Part shown: piece by piece, positions 1-12,767 of the stretch
Layout of the letters: the number at the start of each line of letters is the position of its first letter
Numbering within the stretch: the stretch's first letter is position 1
NCBI RefSeq assembly: GCF_000143415.4
Contig: NW_003314277.1
Span: forward strand, 2,199,193 to 2,263,192
From: Selaginella moellendorffii
Taxonomy: Eukaryota > Plantae > Lycopodiophyta
Direction: 5' to 3'
Length of the DNA stretch: 64,000 nucleotides
Position numbers and translations under genes: made by a program
Notes under the pieces: model-generated
What the model saw: only the letters and a program-made list of their open reading frames with translations
What the model was told of the DNA's origin: nothing
The model's database searches: none

Positions 1-1029
1 CCCAGGGGCCAAAGGGTTGGGGGTGTGGCGCAACTTAAAAAAGTCCTAAGGCTTCCAACTTCCCAATGCCAGACCCAACTGGCAAAAGGGAGCCAAAGGG
101 GGTTTGCCCCTTTTTCGGCATAGGGATGGCTTAACATAAGGATAGGGGTCCCCCCCCAACTAAATTGTTTGGGAACTGGGGTTTAGCCCCAACCCAATTG
201 TGGACCAGGGACAACCCCGCACGCAAGAACTTTTTTTGGCCTAATTTAGCCCCCGGGTGGGTGGGCCATACTTGACCTCCCCACTTTCCCTTTTTTCAAA
301 TTGGAACCCCTTAGAGTTCCCCCCCCCCCCCCCCCCCCCTCCCTTGAGGAACACACACTTTAGGCTTTCACCCTTAGCCACCCTTAGTACCAGAAGTTAG
401 TCTCTAGGACAAGCTCAAAACTTATTAAATATGGAATGTCCCTAGATTGTGAATTTGGACACAAGACAAATACCATTGTGTTAAGGACAATCTTTACATT
501 CCATAAATATGGCAAATGAACAAATTTAGACACTTTCCATAAATAGCATTTGGGACCAGAATGACACTAACACAAAGGGTATGATAGCGAGGGTGTTTAG
601 CATACACGATAAGCTATCATCTAACAAATATTAAGGGACCAACCTCAATATTATGGGGGTTCTTAATACTAGTAAGTGCAAGCCAATGACAAGAGTTTCT
701 CAAACCAAACCAAGTATGCTCAGCAAAAAACACATAGGGTTCCTACCTTATGTTTATCCGATTTAAGTGCATAGTCATTGACTAGTTTCTCAACTAGCTC
801 AAGTGGGAACTGATAACGAGTCTAGCAATACTGACCTCCTTAGGGTTCCTACCTTATGTTTATCCAATTTAAGTATATAGTCATTGACTAGTTTCTCAAC
901 TAGCTCAAGTGGGAATTGATAACGGGTCCAGCAATACTGACCTCTTGCCGTCGTGGCAGTAAGGAAAGAATATCTGAGAGGACTAGCTGACAGGTAACTT
1001 TTGATATACCCAAATTCATATTTGCAACA
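1..1029 (-). mobile_element. LTR-like repeat, family B (terminus TGTTGCAAATATG on - strand at 1029), with a 106-bp tandem duplication at 735-945
   Basis: ~330-735 matches ~4510-4930 in the same orientation; 930-1029 matches the reverse complement of 5410-5510, which starts TGTCGTGAATATG; the TG terminus abuts pol-like sequence. Confidence 0.55.
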
Positions 1030-1184
1030 GGTTAACGATATTTAGCACGATAGCAACATTTTGGGATGATATGCAAACAGCGTATGAGAATGATAGTCTA
1101 GCACAAGAAGTGTTACTAAGGAACCAAGAGGCGTGGGATGCTCACCAAAGAGGTGAGTTATCGACAGAAGAGAAAACAAGTTAT
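1030..1184 (+). mobile_element. Gypsy pol fragment (RNaseH-integrase linker) bounded by LTR insertions
   Basis: Reads LTIFSTIATFWDDMQTAYENDSLAQEVLL..., resembling the gypsy RH-INT linker; ends where the 1185 LTR starts. Confidence 0.4.
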
Positions 1185-1612
1185 TATAAGGAACCAACTC
1201 CCCGAGGTGTCAAAGGCTAAAAAATCCCCGAAAGCACGACTAAAATGATAAAGAGTTCATTGGATAAGACCGAGTCCGAGATTGAATCCGAGACCGACTC
1301 TGAAACTAAGTTTGAGATTCAGTCCAAGATCAAGTCTAAGACTGACTCCAAGACCAAGTTCAAGACCGAGTCCAAGACCGAGATCGAGACCGAGTTCATG
1401 ATCCGAGATTGGGTCCGAGACCAAGTCCGAATACTAATACAAGTCTTGGGGTGAAAGCCTAAAGCATATGTCTCTCGGGGGGGGCGCTGTAGGGGGTTCC
1501 AAAAGTATAGTAGGGATAGTAAGGTCCAGGAACCAATCTTGAAGAAACTCTTCAATAGTGCTTCTAAACTAACTTGAGGTTGAGACTAAGGCTTAGGGGC
1601 CTTGGGTGGGAG
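1185..1612 (+). mobile_element. LTR, family A (runs into the assembly gap)
   Basis: Starts TATAAGGAACCAACTCC and is collinear with the LTR at 3292; contains a 12-bp tandem array. Confidence 0.7.
1268..1430 (+). repeat. 12-bp degenerate tandem array (CCGAGTCCGAGA-like) within the LTR
   Basis: Visible periodicity; longer homologous array at 3373-3610. Confidence 0.85.
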
Positions 1613-1712
1613 NNNNNNNNNNNNNNNNNNNNNNNNNNNNNNNNNNNNNNNNNNNNNNNNNNNNNNNNNNNNNNNNNNNNNNNNNNNNNNNNNNNNNNNN
1701 NNNNNNNNNNNN
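1613..1712. other. Assembly gap (100 N)
   Basis: Run of n. Confidence 1.
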
Positions 1713-2960
1713 GTGGACAATTTTCAAGATGGCACATTTCATACCCACAACAATGGAAATGGATGCAGAAAATGTAGCAAAGCTGTTCTTCAAACAAGTA
1801 GTTTGAGTGCCACCACAATAGAAGTGGATGCGGAAAGTGTAGCAAAGCTGTTTTTCAAATAAGTGGTTCGAGTGCGAGGAAGGCTAAAAGAGATTATCTC
1901 AGATCGAGATAAGATCTTCACTAGTAGGTTCTTGAGAACTCTCTTAGAACAATATGGCACCAAGTTGAAATTTAGCACAGCCTATCACACACAAACATGT
2001 ATTAGGTATTAAGTCAAGTTTGATAACAATAACATTTCTTGACAGATGGACAAACGGAAAGGGTGAATAAGCAACTAGAGGATTATTTGCAATGTTATGT
2101 TTGTGGAGACTAGACTGATTGGGTAAGTCATTTAGGCCTTATGGAAATATGCTATAACAACTCACCACATTCGAGTATCAAGGTGAGTCCATGGGAAGTC
2201 ATCAATGGGCGAGTTATTGAAAGTCTTGTGGAACTCGGTGTGGCAAAGTATCATGGAGAGTTACCCGCAGTGGAGGCATTCACAACGGAAAGACTTAACA
2301 TTTGGAATTTAGTGAGGGATTCCTTAAAACGGGCTCAACAAAGGCAATCTAAATATATGAATTAGAAGTGTCAGGATGTAAAGTTCTAAACTAGGGATAA
2401 AATATGGCTGAACACCAAAAAACTAAGGTTATTAAGTGGGATTAGCCAAAAGTTGACCCAAAAGGTAAAATGCATATATTCTTAGAAATGAACTGATCTT
2501 GAGTTCCTTAAGTAGGTTTGCAAGGCCTTATGAGATTGAGGCTCAAATTGGTAAAATGGCTTACCACTTCTGATTTCCTCGGGAGATGGGGAAGATGCAC
2601 CCTATGTTCCATGTGAACTTACTCAAGCCGTACTTTGAGGATCCACTTTGTAAGGACCAAGTAAGACCTTTACGTAAGATTATCAAAAGGGAAGAAAAAT
2701 ACGAAGTCGAGACCATCTTTAATGTACGTAAAAGCAAGTAACAAGGATGCAAGGTGAGGGAGTTCCATGTGAAGTGGAAAGGATTTCCACACTGTGAAGC
2801 AACATGGGAACTGGAGGAGAACCTAACAAACGCGCAAGATCTAGTGGAGGAATTTTTGCAAAGTAAAACTTTATGTATTTATGTAAAATTCAATTAAATT
2901 ATCTATTTGAGAAGTTTAATATGTTAGGACCCAAAGGCACGCCGAAGGTAAGCTAATTAG
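1713..2960 (+). mobile_element. Ty3/gypsy chromovirus pol 3' end: integrase core, GPY/F region, chromodomain (decayed)
   Basis: VDNFQ/KMAHFIP, EIISDRDKIFTSRF, STAYHTQT..GQTERVN, MHPMFHVNLLKPY, and chromodomain YEVETIFNVR..FHVKWKGFPHCEATWELEENL; stops and frameshifts present. Confidence 0.92.
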
Positions 2961-3279
2961 CATGGGTTAGCTAGGTCGACCAGATGTAGGGAATTACACC
3001 TAACTCTCTGCAAAGATGTCGAATCCGTAGACATATTCTATGGAGGTTAGGTTTGAGGCCCAACCCTCTAGTAAAGCAAGGTTGGGTTCAAGTCCTAACC
3101 CTATACTAGGGCGTGGTGAGGTAAGGGGTGTAGGGACACTTATATTCTGTTGTCATGGGCTCTTGGTCAGAGAAGCTAACTTATGCACACCGCTAAGTGG
3201 GGGGATGCCCCCAGAGACATGGTCAACAAGTCATAGGACTACAAAGAGATATTTAATATAGGCATTGAACTTCTTCTAT

Positions 3280-4020
3280 GGGTGGTGGAGTTCTAAGGAA
3301 CCAACTCCCTGAGGTGTCACAAGCTAAAGGATCCCCGAAAGCACGATCCAAATGATAAAGAGTTCATTGAATGAGACTAAGTCTGAGATCAAGTCCGAGA
3401 CCGACTCTAAGACCGAGTTCAAGACCAAGTCTGAGATCGAGTCTGAGACTGACTCTGAGACCGAGTTCAAGACCAAGTCTGAGACCAAGTTCGAGACTAA
3501 GTCCGAGATCCATGATTGGGTTTGAGATCGAGTTTGAGATCGAGTCCGAGATAAAGTCCAAGGTTGGGTTCGAGATCGAATCTGAGATTGAGTTTGAGAT
3601 CGAGTCCAAATACTAATATAGGTCTTGGGGTGAAAGGTTTCAAAAGTATAGTAAGGATAGTGAGATCCAAGAACCAATCTTGAAGGAACTCTTCAGTAGT
3701 AAGGCTTAAGGGCCTTAGGTGGGAGTGAGCATGGACTCAAGTGGTGCTGGAGGGATCACCTAAAGAGGTGCTTAATAGCAGCTCCCACTTCTAAAAGGGA
3801 AACTGACTACGGTGGTCCTGACTCATGTGGAATGGTGCCCCACTTGAGAACTTTGGGGCTCATTAATCCTCACCCTTTCTAGGAGCTTGGGCCTTCCCTT
3901 CAGGATGGAAATGAGGGAGTAGGGGTACTTATACCGGGCCATTAGGCCACAATGTTTCCCCCCAATGTCCTGAAGCAAGTGTTGCACTAAAGGGTTGGGA
4001 TTTAAAAGGTCCTATGATCA
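3280..4020 (+). mobile_element. Polypurine tract (3280-3290) and 3' LTR of the chromovirus, family A (right end uncertain)
   Basis: GGGTGGTGGAG is followed by TCTAAGGAACCAACTCC matching the 1185 LTR; 12-bp array at 3373-3610. Confidence 0.7.
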
Positions 4021-4199
4021 AGTCTTGTTGTACCAAGGGATGTAGAAACTTGGAGGCTTGGTGTGCTTGGTTGCTTATGCCTGCGAGAAGTGTAGCTGAA
4101 CCTCAAATCCAATCTAACTCGGGAAGGGGGATTAGAAGAGAATTTGGGAATCTGTGAATGGATGGCTAATGCTCCATTTCTAGTGTAGTGAGTTGTTGA

Positions 4200-4930
4200 A
4201 ACTAAGTAGGACCAAGTAGGAGCAGGTACAATATGCAAGAACCTTGGCAAGGGAACTTAATTAAGGCCAAAGCAATGGTGGTCGGATAGACAAAGTAAGC
4301 TGGCAAATTGGAAAAAAAAAATTTGTAGCTTAAAACCGATAGTTTAACGTAAGGATATAGGTACTCCATTAGCTAACATGGTGTGGAACTTGGGTTTAGA
4401 CCCATGTCAAATGCACAACAAGAATAAGCATGCAATCAAGAGTTAGACTATGGCTTAAGTTGGTTGGCCATGCTTAACCTACCCACTATTCCTACTATAT
4501 ATTTAAAATGCTACCCCCCCCCCCTGACCTTGAGGAATGGATGCTTTAAGCTTTCACCTTTAGTCACCCTTAGTCACCCTTAGTACCAAAAGTTAGTCCT
4601 TAGGACAAGCTTTAAACTTACAACTTACTAAATATGGAATAGTGCTAAATAGTGAATTTGAACACGCCATCATGTTTAGAACAATCTATATATTTTGTAG
4701 ATATGCCAATTACCAAATCTAGACACTTTCAATAAATAGCCATTGGAACTGGAACAAAACTAATACAAAGGGCATGATAGCGGGGGTGTTTGGCAGACAC
4801 GATAAGCTATCATCTAGCGAATATTAAAGGACTAATCTCAATATCACAAGGGTTCTTGTCAAGCTAGTGCATGACAGAACAAAAGAGGACTAACAAGCCA
4901 GGCCAAGTATGTTTAGCTAAATAGACACTT
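4200..4930 (-). mobile_element. LTR-like repeat, family B, second copy
   Basis: Collinear with 1-735. Confidence 0.55.
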
Positions 4931-5409
4931 ATAGAAAGAATGCACTCAATCCTGGTTGATGAGATTTAGATTCAAAAAATGCCTGCTAAAGGATGATGAC
5001 GTTGACGTTGAACAATCCTAGAGTATCTTAACTATGCTTATAGGATTTGAACTCAAGACCTGTTAGATATATGGATGCATATCTGGGATTAATTTGGACT
5101 TATACCTATATTAAAATCTTAGACTAGCTGACCATTGTACTAGATTAGTTTTTAGAGCCCAATTGCAGAAGCATTTCATTCCTCTAATTGCATAATGAAA
5201 ATAATATCCTAATCTAACAAAACTAACATTAGCAACAATTAATATATCAGAATGAATGGCACAAGAGCCAATAACCACTCTAACTATTACATTAACCAAT
5301 TTGGATAAATCCAAAGTAGCAATACTAGGCTTCACAAAGAATGCATAATAAAGAATATGTGATAATACAAAAAGCCAAAAGCTATTAAAAAACAATTAAT
5401 CATCATTAA

Positions 5410-5600
5410 TGTCGTGAATATGATTGTGGGTATCGAAAGTTATTTGTCGGTTAGTACTTTTGGATATTCTTTCCTTACTACCACGATGGCAGGAGGTTGG
5501 TATTGCTAGACTTTTTTTCAGTCCCTCTTATTTAAGAGTTAGTAAACTTGACTTAACATTTGTACTTGGCCAGAAGAGCATAAGGAAGGAATTCCGGTAA
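5410..5600 (+). mobile_element. LTR-like family B terminus (inverted copy)
   Basis: Reverse complement of ~850-1029; starts TGTCG. Confidence 0.55.
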
Positions 5601-6089
5601 GGAAATTTATTCTATTTGTTCCTAAATTCTTTCTCTAGGGGAAGATGATGATGCCATCTTGTCCTAGCATTTAAGGCACTATTTGTTAAAAGAATAAAAT
5701 GAACTAAAATTCTAACCTATATCTCTAATACCATGTGAAGAGAAGCCAAGCCTCACAACTTAGTGCTCTATGAAGAAACAAGAACACTAAGCCTCTAGGA
5801 TAGTTCTCAAAAAAAATGGCAAAAGAACCCTAAACTAAAGGACCATGGCTCTAACAGAATGTGGTGGAGAATAGGAAATTGTAGCCTTATGTTTTGAGTA
5901 AATTTATATAGAATTTATAAGCTGAAGCGAAGTAGGTAACAAGGCCATATATTGTTATATACTGTTCTACTGTTAGCTCCAAAACCACAAGTCACAGGTC
6001 ACAATACAATCAGATGAACAACAGCTTTACATAGTTTGACTTATGAAGTCAAAGGAACTTCTAGGAGAATCTAGGGCTCTGCAGCAACA
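5600..6089 (-). mobile_element. 5' end of an LTR element, family C: 356-bp LTR (5734-6089), tRNA-Met(i) PBS (5723-5733), possible gag start
   Basis: On the - strand TGTTG...TCACA is immediately followed by TGGTATTAGAG, then ATG GCA TCA TCA TCT. Confidence 0.65.
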
Positions 6090-6448
6090 TTTTCTTGATT
6101 CAATTTTGAAGAAAGTGAAAATATAAGAGACCATGTGGCAGTCAATTGACTTTAATTTGAGTACTCAAAATATAACAACAAAACATAAATAACAAAATTA
6201 AGCATTGCTCTTCCTAGAAGAGCCAGTTGTCTTGGCATTGATAGATTTTCTACACCAGGATTGTGTATATAAAAAGAAAAAGATATTAAAATATAAAATA
6301 ATATAAATGACTATTCCTAAATATAAATTTATTATTTTATATTTAAAATAAGTCTTCTGTAAAAGTGTCAAATAAAGTGAATGAAAGAAACTGTTTTTAA
6401 ACTAGTTTTATAAATATAGAGTTCAAATACATTCATTTAGATTTTTCA

Positions 6449-7374
6449 ATGAAATACATAAATTTTATTATAGCTATTTATTCATGTTGTTATATAGCTT
6501 ATGCTCAAGAAGAATATCATCATGAAATTTATGGAATTAATGGAGCAATTCCTAAACAAATAAATATGGATGTAATAGTTTACTTTTTTATTAGTTTCAT
6601 AGAAACATCACTGCCCTTAAATGGAAATACACCAGAAAGCTCTACATTTCACACATCTTATATTGACATGCTTTCAGATCATACAAGCTTAATTATAGAT
6701 TTATTCCTTATTGTTATATCTGCTGGTAATCATTGCCCAACAAATAATAATGGATCCGTCAAATTGATAATAATGATGCTACAGGTTTGATATTAAGAAC
6801 TGCCAGGCAAGTTTATCTTTCTTTTCAAAATGAAAGAGCATCATATTTTATAAGTATTATTGTTTGACATGATATTGGTATTTTTGCAATAGCGTATATG
6901 ATACGTGGATATGAGCTTAGAATAACTCCTCTTTATAGTATGATTTATTCATTTCCCAATCCATATAAAATTTGTAACTTTTTTAAAAGTACATTACTTA
7001 GTGGATATAAAGGTTTATTTATATCCACACTTTATGCTGGTGAATTTTTAACACATCTTTATAAAACATATGTATTTTTAGTACAGAAAGATTGTAATGC
7101 TGTTTATTATTACAAAAATATAGCTATATGGAATACTGAAACATATGGAATGAGTTTTGATTGTAAATTCAGATTACAAGAAGATGGAAATTTTGTTTTA
7201 TATTCAGCATTTGATTTGAAACCCTTATATGCAACTGAAACTTATTGTAAGAAATTTAATTGTGTAAAACCATCAATGTTAATATTACAGTTAGATTGTA
7301 ATTTAGTTTTATATGAAGATGGAAAACCTTCTATAAGCATGTGGTCAACTAAAACAATATGTTATAGTTATTAA
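6449..7374 (+). CDS. Putative secreted bulb-type (GNA-like) mannose-binding lectin; upstream exon structure uncertain
   Basis: ORF 6898-7374 has three QxDxNxVxY motifs (QKDCNAVYY, QEDGNFVLY, QLDCNLVLY); ORF 6449 begins with a signal-peptide-like MKYINFIIAIYSCCYIAYA. Confidence 0.75.
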
Positions 7375-7844
7375 GTTAATTTAATATATTTATTATAAGA
7401 TATTTTAGCTTATAAATTTATATCTATATTTATATATCTGCGACTGCTTGTAATAAATATACATATTTTTAAAATATAAATTTTTATTTATATCTAGTTT
7501 TGATATTAAAATATTTTCTTTTGCAATTTCAAAACATCCTTATAGAATACAGAGAAGACTTCCTTATCCAGATATCTGCATGCAATTTTAATTTTAATTT
7601 CTGTAAGTCAAAGAGATTGAATATTCTCTTAATGTAAAATTTACCTAGAACTTGAAATTAAATTTGAAAAATCCAGCTAGGCCACGACAACTCTAGTGAA
7701 ACAGCACATCAATTGCACTATTAGGCAGTAAAAAAGGGTGGCATGGCAAGTACTTAGGCCTTAACTTGGTCACACACATAAATACAATACAACACTACTC
7801 TTTCTAATAGGAGTTTCAAGAAGTGGCTTGTTCAAGTTGTTACA

Positions 7845-8065
7845 GCAGCATATAAGGAGGTTATTAGCTTTGTTGCCTGCTTGGCTTCAGGTTATAGATT
7901 TTATATAAATTTACTCAAAACAAACAAGGCTGCAATTTGGGTATTCCACCTGTTCTCCACCACATTGAGCCACAGTCCTTTTGTTTAGGGTTCTTTAATT
8001 TTCTTTGTCATTTTTCTTCAGAGCCATCCAAGAGGCTTAGTGTTCTTGTTTCTTCATAGAGCATG
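7845..8065 (+). mobile_element. Partial family C LTR, inverted relative to 5734-6089
   Basis: Reverse-complement match to ~5765-5960. Confidence 0.75.
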
Positions 8066-8714
8066 CATAAAAGTATGTTGTAGGGATATGAGAGAGAGAG
8101 CTTAGAACTTGCATCCTACTACTTGACTTACTTTTGCCAATGCTGCTTGATCTGCTCTTATTGATGCTTGATCTATGCTTGCTACTAAGGCTAGTAGGGA
8201 AGTCTACTAGGCACTTGCAAATGTTAGACTCTATTGAAGCATCCACAATTTTTCTTTAAAGAGGGAATATGATTCTAATAATGTAGAAACCTCCTTGGCC
8301 CTATATATATCACTTCAACTTTAGCACTACCAAGCTAAAGAAATGCATGAAAAATTTATGACTAAGGTTCTAGTTTTGTGCAATGTGATTGTGTGGCTGA
8401 CAGCTTGGAGGATTGTAGTACACATGGTTTTCACCTTTCTTTTTATGGTGATTTATCATAGGATAACTATAGAGTGGAACCTAAGTTTTAGGGCATTGGG
8501 CCACTGAAGAAAAAGATAGAGCCAAATGCTCAAAAATATAACTAACAAACGAAGAAACTAAAACACAGAATGACTTATGAGTGTACAACCCAAGGAGTGA
8601 GGGATAAAAGCATAGAGCAATAGTAGAACATACATTTTGAAACCCCTACAAGCCCCACACCCCCTTATATAAAAGTAAGAACACTATTCAATTGAGAAGG
8701 AAGTATTTAACAAC

Positions 8715-11700
8715 AATTGTAGACGCACTAGCAACCATTAGTTATAAATGATCATTAAAATTTATCTCCACAAAATAAGGAAGGTCGTCCTCAAGACAAT
8801 CTTAAGAATATAAATATTAAAATGGCAAGTCATCAGCAATTAAAGCAAAATTCTCAAACCCCTCCCAAAGCATTTGGATCCATAGCTCAAACTTTTGAGC
8901 CTCAAGAACTTTATTAGGGTTTAGGGCATAAACCCTAAAGCCTCAGGAACCTCAAAAAAAGAAAGTAAGTTTTGCTCTATATCTTGTGAACAATGAACAT
9001 TAAGTATAATAACTGTTGATAGCACAAAATCTTTATCCAAAAAATCCATAGATGCTAGAATAATATGCTCATTAGGAACAAGAGAAGAGAGTGAAGAAGG
9101 AAGAAGAGCTTAAGAAATGGCATTAACATTAGTTATAGAACTTTCTAAACGATAAACAACCTCGAAATCATATATCTGAAACTTTCAAGGCCCACCAAGA
9201 AAATTATTCCACTTAAATAACAAAGTAACCATAGCATGATCACCTTTTAGTAATGTTCAAGAACTATGCAAATATGCATGAAACTTCTCAAAACCCCACA
9301 CTGTTGTTAAACACTCCTTGTCTATTGTGGAGTAGTTCATCTTTGTTAGTTATAATGTACAGTTGATATATGCAATGGATGGCACTAACTAAACACACTC
9401 AAGCTCTTTTACATCAACATATCTCCAAGATTGGTATCAGAAGCATCCATGCGCAAAATGAAAAATTAAGTGTAGTGAGAATACACCAAAATTGGAAGAG
9501 TTATCAATAACTCTTTGAGATTTGCAAATGCCCACAAAGCAAAATGGAAGTCCTAATTCCAGACTCAATCAGACAGCTCAAACACTCCACATTCCAAAGA
9601 TTCAACAGCCATAATTACAGACCTAATTGAAAAGCTCAAACACTTGACCTTACAGAGATTTAATGGCCATGATTATGGTTGTGCCACATGCAAGCTCACT
9701 CATAATCCACAAACTAGATGAAAGATGACATTGATGACTTCAGCAACACTTGCAATGCAGTACAATCAAAAAAATGATCAATGAAACAACCAAGATATTA
9801 TACCTTGCCTAAAAAGTGTTATATATTATTTACACACTTCGGAGTTGGGAACTTTAAAATAGCTATAAGTGTTTGTCAAGATTAATTTGCAAATCTTCAT
9901 AAAAAATATAATACCTGAAATAAATTGTGTCTTTGGACCCAAACACACACTTCGATTGATTCAACTTTAAACCAATTTCCCACAGCCAATCCAACACTTT
10001 ACGAACATCACAAATGTGCTCTTCCCATATACCTCCGAGTGGATCAAGACATCATCAATGAAGTCAATAGTTAGTTTTGGCATATCATAAAAAACTTTGT
10101 CCATCATTCGCTAAAGAGTCATTGAAGCATTGTTTAAATTGAATGCCATCACCAAGAACTTATACAAACTAAATAGTGTATGAAAAACAGTCTTGGGAAT
10201 ATCTTTCTCGGCCATTGGCACTTACCAATTCCCATAAGTAAAATCTAACTTAGTGAACTAATGACTTTTCCCTAGATGATCCAGAAGATTAATAGTGTGA
10301 AGAAAAGGGTACATATTCGAAATAATCACCTAGTTTAATAGACGATAGTTAATGTAAAAGTGAATACTCCCATTAGACTTTGTCACAAAATGAAGTTCAC
10401 ACACCTAAGGACTTTGAGACTTTTGGATAACACCTCTAACATCTCCTTGACGTTCACATCTAAAATCTTGATCTCCTTTGATGATTGACACCAAATAAGA
10501 ACCTTGATTGGATGGGCATCCTTAATTGGATTAGAATGATGTCTTACAATCTTAGCCCTAAATGACAGGTCAAAGTTGAAGATATTAACATACTCCTTTC
10601 TAAGTTGAATTATTGCAACACAAAGAGTGTTGGAGTTGGAGGGATTAGAGAGAGAATAGAGGAGCAAGATGGAAATAAAGTAGGAAGTAATGGAGAAATA
10701 AAAATGATGGAGGCAAAGGTAAAAGTAAAAGGACAAAATGAAAAAAAAAGTGAAAGGAATGAAAGAAATATAAAGAAATATGAGAAAAGGGGGAGAAACT
10801 TTAAAGTAATATTTGGCATGATTATACTGTAGCCAATCTATACTAAAGATGAGGTTAAAAGCTTAACTCACACCACCTATAATGATTGAAATTCAAACTT
10901 GAAATCTCTTATATACACCGCTAGATCTGCCTCATCCCATACATGTGTATATGTATAGCCATTACTATAAAGAATAAAAACTGGCTTCGTTGCATGATGT
11001 AACTATAGATGGCAATGTATGGCAATAGGCTGAGCAATAGAAGATAAATTCAAGTTTATATCAACTAACATAGAGAGAATAATAGATCATCTCTTGCTAT
11101 AAAAACAAATTTGGAAAATAAATACTAGATGAACTAGTGCCGAGTGAACCCCTTGATGATACTCTTAAAAGAAGGATGAAAGGGTCATTTCTTTATTTGC
11201 ACAAAAACCATCCACTACTAACATGACTCCTAGCTTTCTGGAAGAATCTTTGTATCAAGATTTTCCATTACAACAACACTAATAGGATGTTGTTGATGCC
11301 AAAGTCTCCATTTAGAAAATGGAAAATGCTAATCCAGAAAATGCAGATAACATTGATACATGTGGCTAACCCCAGTAGCAGATATCACGGCCATGACCAT
11401 GTCTTTGCCTTTATCCTTGAACACGAGCAACAGTAACATTAACCTCCATTGGAATAAGACCATCTCCCATAAGAAGTGAAACGGAAGGATGTGCAATGAG
11501 AAGTGGAAAAGGTGATGTATTATAACATTGTGTTAGTCAAAGAGCATCATCAAGGATGGTTGGAGCAAGTGCATGCACAAATTTCACAAGATCTTGACGA
11601 AATGCTAGCTACAACATTCCCAACTTGATCCACTTTAATATATTTGGCTTTGTACAAAGTAAAAGGCTCTAGAAGCGATCGCCAAATTGCATCACTAACT

Positions 11701-12680
11701 TAGATGGCCTTTGCCGAAGACAATGCAATTGTTGGAAGGCATCATCGTAATTGTCAACATGTCCAAATACATGTTTGAAAATTCTAATTGTCCTTCCGTA
11801 GCACGAGGGGGAGTATTATGAACTTGGCACCAAACACAATTACAAACATACCAGATAACATCATATCACATCTTTGATTAATAAAAAGACCTACACAGCT
11901 TCTTGGTCACACAATAATGTCTTATATACCTGCTTAGAATAAGAGAATCATGGTAGGCATAGAGAAACTGTGGAATAAAGATTGAAGGTACTATTGGCCG
12001 TAAATGATCATCAAGAATTCTCCAATCCACATGAGTGGTTGCACTCAAACTATTGTACCACTACAATGCCATCCCTTGGAGATATTTGGGAAACTCACGC
12101 AAACACTAAGTATCATCCCAAAAATAATAAGTAGCAATCACTATAAAGTGATTGAACTAATAGTACACATCATCTCTAAGATTCCCATGGAAGAACTCCA
12201 AATGGACATGAGGTTGGCAATAAGAGCTAGAGGAGTTATACCACATGTTATGAATGTTGCTAGTTTAACTACAATTGCATGGCATTGAGCAATTGCACTA
12301 ACTGCTACTCTAGTGTCAAAGAGGAGGAGGTTGCTGCTCTGCTATGAAGATAAATGAAAAGAAAAAAAAGTAAAAAAGAATAAATTGAAAAAGTTACAAA
12401 GAAAGTGAGACTTAAACAATACAAAAGTTATATCTAAACCAAAATCTCAATTCCAAGCACTCATCAAAGATAATTAAAGTTGCCCCTCACTTCCACCAAT
12501 ATGAGTGCATAGAATATGGAAGATTGGTTTCAATCTATACCACTTGCTCCTATATATAAACCAAGTTTTTGGATTAATTAATATGCATATTTTTGTATTC
12601 CAGATGATTATCAAAATCCTACTACATTATTATTGTTAGCATCATATCTATATTTTCTATTCTCAATTTCTTTACATAAA
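8715..12680 (-). mobile_element. Decayed, rearranged gypsy element of the same family as 31521-36502: 5' LTR ~12500-12680, PBS, gag, PR, RT, RH, truncated INT
   Basis: Collinear with 32900-36500; RT motif FIDDVLIH, RH motifs; PBS TGGTGGAAGTGAGGGGCA at 12481-12498. Confidence 0.88.
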
Positions 12681-12767
12681 ATTTTCTATTTATATATCTT
12701 TATAAAATTTAATAATTTAAATAGCATCTCAACTTCTAGTAATTTGATTGAAACATGAAAGATTTTG

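Noticed and set aside
1-345. G/C homopolymer-rich start resembling a G-quadruplex or novel repeat
   Set aside because: A garbled version of ~4200-4520, typical of a low-quality read end.
994-1030. Another GT..AG intron candidate in the gypsy region
   Set aside because: Upstream sequence is not pol-like and the segment matches an LTR terminus (inverse of 5410).
3324-3677. Ser/Arg/Glu-rich ORFs and CRISPR-like periodicity (also 1245-1454)
   Set aside because: By-products of a 12-bp tandem array in the LTR; no unique spacers; eukaryotic context.
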